A stretch of DNA of 55,467 nucleotides, taken from assembly GCA_964463245.1 (NCBI GenBank), contig CAYXBU010000004.1:1-55467 (forward strand). The letters run 5' to 3'. Position numbers and translations under genes: made by a program. Every line of letters starts with the position of its first letter. Within the stretch, counting starts at the first letter, position 1. Below, in pieces: positions 25,832 through 32,109 of the stretch. Below the pieces are notes generated by a model. That model made no database searches, was not told the origin of the DNA, and was given only the letters and a program-made list of their open reading frames with translations. The DNA is from an uncultured Clostridium sp. (GTDB lineage Bacteria > Bacillota > Clostridia > Oscillospirales > CAG-272).

Positions 25832-25860
25832 ATTATACCACATTCCCGCGCGGTTGTCAA
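25832..25860 (-). promoter_or_regulatory. Consensus promoter TTGACA-17-TATAAT (TGG extended -10) of the leader/ABC/aromatic operon
   Basis: rc of 25832-25860 is TTGACAaccgcgcgggaatgtggTATAAT. Confidence 0.7.
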
Positions 25861-25950
25861 GGGGTTTTTCGCTATTTTGTGTCATGGAAATGCATAAAAA
25901 TTGCAACTCGTGCGGGAAATGCCGGATATACGGGAAAAACGCGGGATCAT

Positions 25951-27006
25951 TCAATATTTGAACAGCTCGACGGCATTGGTACGCAGGGACATCTGCCGCG
26001 AGAGTGTCGGGTCAGCCTTCTGTGTCATGGAGAGGGTCACATGACGGAGGGACAGCCGCCGATTGTCGGGGTCGGTTTGAGGTCTCCCGATCTCCATCTT
26101 CACCCGTGAGCCGTTGAAGGCCGAGGCCGCCGACAGGCACTCGTATCCGCCCAGAAGACTGCCCATCCTGTCCCGCGTGCGGTAGACCGTCTCCAGCCCG
26201 GGGATGGGCTCGGCGATCCGCAGGGTCTCCACATCCATGTCCAGACGGATGGAAAGCGGCTCGGCGGACAGGGCATCGGGGGCATTGAGTGTAAAGGAGA
26301 CCATGCCGTCGTGGGAGGCATAGGTGCGCGCCATGGACAGACCGTACAGAAGAAAAGCCTCCCAGATGAGCGGGTGTGAGAAGAACACATCCTGCGTCGG
26401 CAGGAATCCGTTGTGCAGCTTCTCCTGCGCCTCGCACCCGATGGCGGTCGCAAAGGAGCATATGGCGGCGGCTATGGTACGCAGAGAGACGGTGGGTGCA
26501 TCGCCCTGCGGCAGGAGAAAGGGCAACCGCTCGGTCAGATCGTAGGTGGTCTCTCGCATGACCATGTAGGTCTCCGGGTCGCAACGCGCGCCGCCTCGCC
26601 GCCGTACCTCCTCGGATATGATCCAGTCGGGGTGTAAAAAGCCCCGGCAGGCGGCCGAGGCGGCACGGGTGACCGGTGCGTGGAAGTGGATCAGGAGTCC
26701 CAACCCGCAGGGGATATAGTAGCGCTTGGACAGCAGAGCCGGTCCGTGCGCGGTCATGATCAGGAGCGGGCGGGTCTCGCAGGAGGAGAACCACGCTCGC
26801 GCCTCGTCCGAGAAGTGGACGAAACGGTAGATGTTCTTGCCCGGCTCCCAAGTGCGGACGGGAGCGCGGGAGGCCACGATCTGGCCGGGCAGGACATCCA
26901 GCCCGAACAGGGCATAGCTGACGCCGTACACATACCCGGGCGGCAGGATCGCCTCCGGTGGATAGTTGAAGGACCATCGGGTGTATGTACTGGTGGTGCG
27001 GGACAT
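25951..27006 (-). CDS. Hypothetical protein (351 aa), no recognisable domain
   Basis: ORF track 25951..27153 trimmed to ATG 27006 (MSRTTSTYTRWSFNYPPE...), which has AAGGAGG 8 nt upstream. No TM helix or signal peptide. The overlapping track ORF 26012..27535 (Arg/Gly/Pro-rich) was judged spurious. Confidence 0.65.
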   Translation of the reverse strand: MSRTTSTYTRWSFNYPPEAILPPGYVYGVSYALFGLDVLPGQIVASRAPVRTWEPGKNIYRFVHFSDEARAWFSSCETRPLLIMTAHGPALLSKRYYIPCGLGLLIHFHAPVTRAASAACRGFLHPDWIISEEVRRRGGARCDPETYMVMRETTYDLTERLPFLLPQGDAPTVSLRTIAAAICSFATAIGCEAQEKLHNGFLPTQDVFFSHPLIWEAFLLYGLSMARTYASHDGMVSFTLNAPDALSAEPLSIRLDMDVETLRIAEPIPGLETVYRTRDRMGSLLGGYECLSAASAFNGSRVKMEIGRPQTDPDNRRLSLRHVTLSMTQKADPTLSRQMSLRTNAVELFKY

Positions 27007-27168
27007 ACGAAAAGCCTCCTTGTCGTTCTGCTGGTAATTGATAGACTCTGTTGTTGCCCAACAGCGCAATGAGGTGCAATGCCGGGTTGAAAAGGGTGTT
27101 GTTCTCAGGGCGCGGGAGAAAAGCCTCTTCCGAGCCGCTTCTCTCCCGCGCATAAGTGCTATATGATC

Positions 27169-29103
27169 TTACTTCGCCTTGGTCGCGATCTCCACAAGAG
27201 CCTTCTGCAGGAACTCGTCCACCGTGACGTCGTTGGTGACCTCTCCCTTGCGGGAGCGCACCGACACCGTCCCGGTCTCGACCTCCTTGCCGCCGACTAC
27301 CAGCATATAGGGAACCTTCTCCTGCTGTGCCGCACGGATCTTGTAGCCGATGGTGTTGTTGCTCTTGTCCACCTCGACCCGCATACCGGCGGCCGAGTAC
27401 TTGTCCGCCAGCTCCTGGCAGTAGGCCAGCTCGTTCTCGCCCATGGGCAGGATGCGTACCTGAACAGGAGCCATCCACATGGGCAGGGCACCGGCGTACT
27501 TTTCGATCAGGTATGCCAAAGTACGCTCGTAGCAACCGAGGGAGGTGCGGTGGATGATATAGGGACGCTTGAGCTGTCCGTCGGAGTCCACATAGGACAT
27601 ATCGAACTGCTCGGCCAGCAGCTGATCCACCTGGATGGTGACGATGGTGTCCTCCTTGCCGAACACGTTCTTGTACTGGATGTCCAGTTTGGGACCGTAG
27701 AAGGCGGCCTCATCGATGCCGATGGTGTACTTCACGCCCAGGTCGTCCAGAATCTTACCCATGATGGACTGCGCTTCTTCCCACTGCTCGGGGGTGCCGA
27801 TATACTTGGTGCCTGCCTTGGCGGGATCCCACTGGGAGAAGCGGAAGGAGCAGTCCTCCAGCATTCCGACGGTGTCCAGCACATACTTGGCCAGCTCCAG
27901 ACAGCCGCGGAATTCGTCCTCCAGCTGCTCGGGGCGTAGGATGTAGTGCCCCTCCGAGATGGTGAACTGCCGCACGCGGATGAGTCCGTGCATCTCGCCG
28001 GAGTCCTCGTTGCGGAACAGGGTGGAGGTCTCGGTCAGGCGCATGGGAAGGTCGCGGTAGGAACGCTTCTTGTTCAGGAATACCTGATACTGGAACGGGC
28101 AGGTCATGGGACGGAGAGCAAAGCACTCCTTTGTCTCGTCGTTCGGGTCGCCCAGCACGAACATACCGTCCAGATAGTGATCCCAGTGACCCGAGATCTT
28201 GTACAGCTCCCGCTTGGCCATGTACGGGGTTTTGGTCAGCTGACAGCCGCGCTTCTGCTCCTCGTCCTCGATCCAACGCTGGAGCACCTGGATGACCCGT
28301 GCGCCCTTGGGCAGGAGGATGGGCAGACCCTGCCCGATCACATCCACGGTGGTGAAGTATTCCAGCTCGCGACCCAGCTTGTTGTGGTCGCGCTTCTTGG
28401 CCTCCTCGACCGCCGTCAGGTGGGCATTCAGCTCGTCCTTGGTGGGGAAGGCGGTGCCGTACACCCGCTGGAGCATCTTGTTCTTCTGGTCGCCCTTCCA
28501 GTAGGCACCGGTGCACTGGGTCAGCTTGAAGGCCTTGACCGCGCCGGTGGCGAACAGGTGAGGCCCTGCACACAGGTCGGTGAACTCGCCCTGACGGTAG
28601 AAGCTGATGACCGCATCGGCCGGCAGCTCCTCGATGAGCTGGACCTTATAGGGCTCGTCCTTCTCCTTCATGAAGGCGATGGCCTCCTCGCGGGGCAGCT
28701 CGAACCGCTCGATCTTCAGGTTCTCCTTGACGATCTTCTTCATCTCGGCTTCGATGTTCTTGAGGATCTCGGGGGTGAAGGCGACATCACTGTCAAAGTC
28801 GTAGTAGAAGCCGTTCTCGATGGCGGGGCCGATGGTCAACTTGGTCTCGGGGTAGAGACGCTTGACCGCCTGCGCCAGAATGTGAGAGGCGGTGTGGCGG
28901 AAGATATGCTTGCCGTCCTCGTCGGCAAAGGTCAACAGCTCTACGTCTGCATCAGCCTCCAGAGTTTGGGTCAGGGCGCAGAGCTTGCCGTTGACGTGCG
29001 CCGCCAGAACGGCGCGACTGATCAGCCCCGCCGCCGCCGCGGCATCGTAGACCGAGAGGGGGGACTCAAAGTCCATCTGAACACTTCCGAAATTGATCTT
29101 CAT
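27169..29103 (-). CDS. thrS: Threonine--tRNA ligase
   Basis: ORF track 27169..29163 trimmed to ATG 29103 (MKINFGSVQMDF...), which has AAGGAG upstream. TGS, editing, class II core and anticodon-binding regions are recognisable (FRHTASHILAQAV, HRTSLGCYER). Confidence 0.92.
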   Translation of the reverse strand: MKINFGSVQMDFESPLSVYDAAAAAGLISRAVLAAHVNGKLCALTQTLEADADVELLTFADEDGKHIFRHTASHILAQAVKRLYPETKLTIGPAIENGFYYDFDSDVAFTPEILKNIEAEMKKIVKENLKIERFELPREEAIAFMKEKDEPYKVQLIEELPADAVISFYRQGEFTDLCAGPHLFATGAVKAFKLTQCTGAYWKGDQKNKMLQRVYGTAFPTKDELNAHLTAVEEAKKRDHNKLGRELEYFTTVDVIGQGLPILLPKGARVIQVLQRWIEDEEQKRGCQLTKTPYMAKRELYKISGHWDHYLDGMFVLGDPNDETKECFALRPMTCPFQYQVFLNKKRSYRDLPMRLTETSTLFRNEDSGEMHGLIRVRQFTISEGHYILRPEQLEDEFRGCLELAKYVLDTVGMLEDCSFRFSQWDPAKAGTKYIGTPEQWEEAQSIMGKILDDLGVKYTIGIDEAAFYGPKLDIQYKNVFGKEDTIVTIQVDQLLAEQFDMSYVDSDGQLKRPYIIHRTSLGCYERTLAYLIEKYAGALPMWMAPVQVRILPMGENELAYCQELADKYSAAGMRVEVDKSNNTIGYKIRAAQQEKVPYMLVVGGKEVETGTVSVRSRKGEVTNDVTVDEFLQKALVEIATKAK

Positions 29104-29138
29104 GGGTAATGATCTCCTTTTGTGATGATTTTTGTATT

Positions 29139-29342
29139 TTATAAGTGTAAAAACCGTATCCACCGGTATTTCAGGGATATCTTTTCCACGGTGTACCCGT
29201 ATGCCCGTGCCTCCTGCTTACAGCCGAGGAAGCCGTGACCCAGCGTGAACCCAAGTATTCCCTCGATCTCCTCAAAGGAGAGCTGAATAACGGGGCGACC
29301 ATCCTCCCTCAGGAAGACCCACAAGGGCTCGTACTTGCTCAT
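29139..29342 (-). CDS. Small hypothetical protein (67 aa) between the T-box and thrS
   Basis: ORF track 29139..29399 trimmed to ATG 29342 (MSKYEPLWVFLREDGRPVIQLSFEEIEGILGFTLGHGFLGCKQEARAYGYTVEKISLKYRWIRFLHL), which has AAGGAG 10 nt upstream. The start is 30 nt after the T-box terminator. Confidence 0.55.
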   Translation of the reverse strand: MSKYEPLWVFLREDGRPVIQLSFEEIEGILGFTLGHGFLGCKQEARAYGYTVEKISLKYRWIRFLHL

Positions 29343-29370
29343 GCGGCTGTTTCTCCTTTCTGACGAAATA

Positions 29371-29610
29371 CAAAACCCCGGAGACAGTGCTGACGGCACG
29401 GTTCTCCGGGGTGCATGATCGGATGGTCGGAGCAGTGCTACACCGACGACATATCATACACGGTTCCACCCAAAGGTTTCACTCGTATGCATTTTTTGTG
29501 GGGAATTCCCCTTCGCGCGGGCGGTACCTGTGACCGGTGCTGTTTGCGGGAAGGCTCTCAGCTTGCCCTTCCTCTCTGTGCGCCGCGCTCCGGTCGGCAT
29601 ATTCCGCGTG
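29371..29610 (-). promoter_or_regulatory. T-box riboswitch leader (Thr; candidate ACC specifier)
   Basis: The rc contains Stem-I-like AGAGAGG...GCUGAGAG, candidate ACC codons (AGCACCGG / GGUACCGC) and the T-box sequence AAACCUUUGGGUGGAACCGUG (29459-29479). It also has the terminator CCCCGGAGA-N18-UCUCCGGGG-UUUUG (29375-29411). Confidence 0.8.
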
Positions 29611-29697
29611 TTTGTTGGCTGTTATGGTCAGGCGGTGCTTTGGCAATGACCCGCGCGACCCGCGCTCGGGCGTCTTCGCGCAAGACTTTACCCGACC

Positions 29698-30129
29698 TTA
29701 TCCGAGCTTTTTCCGCTTGCGATTGTACTCGGAGCGGGGGTTGAGGATCTCGCGCCAATCCAGATCGCCGCGATCCAGTGCCATGATGAGCACCTCGGCG
29801 GTGGCGATGTTGGTAGCGACCGGGATGTTGTACATATCGCACATCCGTTGCAACTCGTTCTCGGACTCGCTGTAGGCGGTGGGTCTGGTGTCGCGGAAGT
29901 AGAGAAGCACATCGATCTCGTTGTAGGCAATGCGGGATGCGATCTGCTGTTCGCCGCCCTGCTCCCCGTTCAGCAGACGCTCGATCTGCAGGCCGGTCGC
30001 CTCCGAGATGTACTTGGCGGTCGTGCTGGTGGCGCACAGATTATGCTTGCTTAGTACGCCGCAATAGGCGATACAGAACTGGGTCATCAGCTCCATCTTC
30101 ATGTCGTGTGCAATGATTGCAATCTCCAT
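29698..30129 (-). CDS. Methylglyoxal synthase-like protein with substituted catalytic motifs
   Basis: ORF track 29698..30135 trimmed to ATG 30129 (MEIAIIAHDMKMELM...), which has GAGGAGG 8 nt upstream. Strong MgsA similarity (EATGLQIER, NIPVATN). However GGDQQ is replaced by GGEQQ and P-H-D/E-P-D by S-E-S-E-N. Confidence 0.75.
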   Translation of the reverse strand: MEIAIIAHDMKMELMTQFCIAYCGVLSKHNLCATSTTAKYISEATGLQIERLLNGEQGGEQQIASRIAYNEIDVLLYFRDTRPTAYSESENELQRMCDMYNIPVATNIATAEVLIMALDRGDLDWREILNPRSEYNRKRKKLG

Positions 30130-30225
30130 CAGCAAGACCTCCTCTTCGTTTTGAAAAACGTCATGTGCCCCTTCAGGGGGGGATATTCGGGATCAGCAGG
30201 GAAACAATACCCCACTTTTGTAGAT

Positions 30226-30254
30226 ATTATACCACAATCTCTCCGCTTTGTCAA
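30226..30254 (-). promoter_or_regulatory. Consensus promoter TTGACA-17-TATAAT (TGG) for the mgsA-like gene
   Basis: The rc reads TTGACAaagcggagagattgtggTATAAT, about 95 nt upstream of ATG 30129. Confidence 0.65.
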
Positions 30255-30398
30255 GAAGTTTGAAAAATTTTTCAAAAATTTCGAGTTTTGCGGTTTTCGC
30301 GGCGCACCATGTGCGTCTCGGACTCGGCGGGAGGGGGTTCCATACCGAACTGTCCCAATTCCGTATTCATTATTTTTTGTATTTATGCATTTTTCATG

Positions 30399-30427
30399 TT
30401 GACATTTCCCGGAAAAAGCTGTATAAT
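30399..30427 (+). promoter_or_regulatory. Consensus promoter TTGACA-17-TATAAT for the nusB cluster
   Basis: TTGACAtttcccggaaaaagctgTATAAT, 95 nt upstream of the nusB ATG. Confidence 0.65.
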
Positions 30428-30522
30428 AATAGGAGTATGGACTTGTTCATTGATAATGGCCGAACCGCATCCGAGGATTTCCCCTCGGAGAGGCACCGAC
30501 AGGAAAGGGAAGGGAACAGAAC

Positions 30523-31020
30523 ATGGCAAACGAAAAGAGAGCCGCCCGAAAGCAGGCGCGGGAGGAGGTATTCCGCCTCCTGTATGAGACGGAATTTCAC
30601 GAGGGCGAGACCCCCGAGGACATTTGGTCACGCGCCGTGGAGGCGCGGGAGATCAACACCGAGGATGCCTACCTGCGGCGCACCTACTTCGGCGTGATGG
30701 AGCGTCTGACCGAGATCGACGAGCTGATCGGGAGCTATGCCAAGGGCTGGAAGACCCGACGGCTGTCGCGAGTGTCTCGCGCTGTCCTGCGGCTGGGTAC
30801 CTACGAGGTCGCGTTTGCAAAGAACATTCCGGCGGCGGTGGCCATCAACGAGGCGGTCGAGCTGAGCAAACGGTTCGATGAGCCGCGTGCTCGCGCCTTC
30901 GTCAACGGCGTGCTCAATGCCGTGAAGGATGCCTCCGCCAAGCCTCCTCGGGAGACTGCGGACGAGACGGCACTCCCCGCGGATGCACCCGCCGCGACCG
31001 ACACCGCATCGGAGGATTGA
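30523..31020 (+). CDS. nusB: Transcription antitermination factor NusB (with Ala/Pro/Asp-rich tail)
   Basis: 165 aa. AREEVFRLLYETEF..., LRLGTYE and AINEAVELSKRF are typical NusB helices. Confidence 0.88.
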   Translation: MANEKRAARKQAREEVFRLLYETEFHEGETPEDIWSRAVEAREINTEDAYLRRTYFGVMERLTEIDELIGSYAKGWKTRRLSRVSRAVLRLGTYEVAFAKNIPAAVAINEAVELSKRFDEPRARAFVNGVLNAVKDASAKPPRETADETALPADAPAATDTASED

Positions 31021-31030
31021 CAGCATTCCC

Positions 31031-32050
31031 ATGGCAGAAAAGATACCCTGCTGGGTCGGGATCGACACCAGCAACTACACGACCTCGGCGGCTCTGGTCA
31101 TTCCCGACCCGGAGCGGGCGGGGCAGCTGACGGTGGTGTCCAACCGCAAGGCACCTCTTCCCGTCACGGCGGGGGCGCGGGGTCTGCGGCAGAGCGACGC
31201 ACTGTTCGCCCATACCCGCAACCTGCCGGAGCTGATGCGCGGGATACGGGCGGATATGGCGGCGGCGGGACTCTTCCCGGTCGCGGTGGGCTGTTCGACC
31301 CGCCCGCGTGACGCGGCTGACTCCTATATGCCCTGCTTCCTGGCGGGTGTGGCGGCGGCCGAGGCCTTTGCCGCAGGAGCCGACCTCCCTCTGTATCGCC
31401 TGTCCCACCAGAGCGGACACATCATGGCGGCACTGTACTCCTCGGGGACACTGTATCGGGCTCGCAAGGCGGGACAGCCCCTTGATGGCGAGTTCCTCGC
31501 CTTCCATGTCTCGGGCGGTACCACCGAGGCGGTGGTTGCACACCCCGTGGAGGGGGGCTTCTCGGTGGAATTGGTCGGCTACGGAGCCGATCTGCACGCC
31601 GGGCAGGTTGTGGATCGTGTGGGGGTCATGCTGGGGCTGGACTTCCCCTGCGGCGCGGCACTGGAGCGGCTGGCGGTGACCTGCACCGAGAAGCTGCCTC
31701 CCGTCAAGCTGTCAGTCAAGGACGGTGTCTGTAATCTTTCGGGGTTTGAGAATCAAGCGGCCAAACTGTGCAAGGATACCGGCGACCCGTCGCTGGTGGC
31801 GGCGTGGGTGCTGACGGCACTGGGGCGCACACTGCGCCGCATGACGGATCAGATACAGTCCAAGCGGGAGACCCCTCTCCCGGTGCTCTACGCAGGCGGG
31901 GTGATGAGCAACCGCTTCATCCGTCCGCTCCTGACCGAGGGTGCCGCGTGGGAGTGCCTGTTCTCGGAGCCTGCGTATTCGGCGGACAACGCGGCGGGGG
32001 TGGCTCTGCTCACCGCCGAGGGTCACTTGTCGAAGCACACAAGTCAATAA
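31031..32050 (+). CDS. TsaD/Kae1-like (peptidase M22, ASKHA-fold) family protein, divergent paralog
   Basis: ORF track 30929..32050 trimmed to ATG 31031 (MAEKIPCWVGIDTSNYTTS...). HQSGH metal motif and C-terminal YAGGVMSN. Confidence 0.75.
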   Translation: MAEKIPCWVGIDTSNYTTSAALVIPDPERAGQLTVVSNRKAPLPVTAGARGLRQSDALFAHTRNLPELMRGIRADMAAAGLFPVAVGCSTRPRDAADSYMPCFLAGVAAAEAFAAGADLPLYRLSHQSGHIMAALYSSGTLYRARKAGQPLDGEFLAFHVSGGTTEAVVAHPVEGGFSVELVGYGADLHAGQVVDRVGVMLGLDFPCGAALERLAVTCTEKLPPVKLSVKDGVCNLSGFENQAAKLCKDTGDPSLVAAWVLTALGRTLRRMTDQIQSKRETPLPVLYAGGVMSNRFIRPLLTEGAAWECLFSEPAYSADNAAGVALLTAEGHLSKHTSQ

Positions 32051-32109
32051 GCGCATTTCCGAATGCGAGTGCAAAACGAGAAATGAGTCGTATGAAAGGG
32101 GGGCTCTCC

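Noticed and set aside
25715-25954. The full 79-aa track ORF (MNDPAFFPYIRHF...) as a real protein.
   Set aside because: Its first 52 codons lie upstream of or across the consensus promoter and lack an RBS. Only the last 27 codons, starting from ATG 25798, are preceded by a promoter and an RBS.
30136-30522. Track ORFs 30106-30402, 30248-30697 and 30288-30587 in the mgsA-like/nusB intergenic region.
   Set aside because: They overlap two divergent consensus promoters. They lack RBSs, have odd composition, and run into nusB out of frame.
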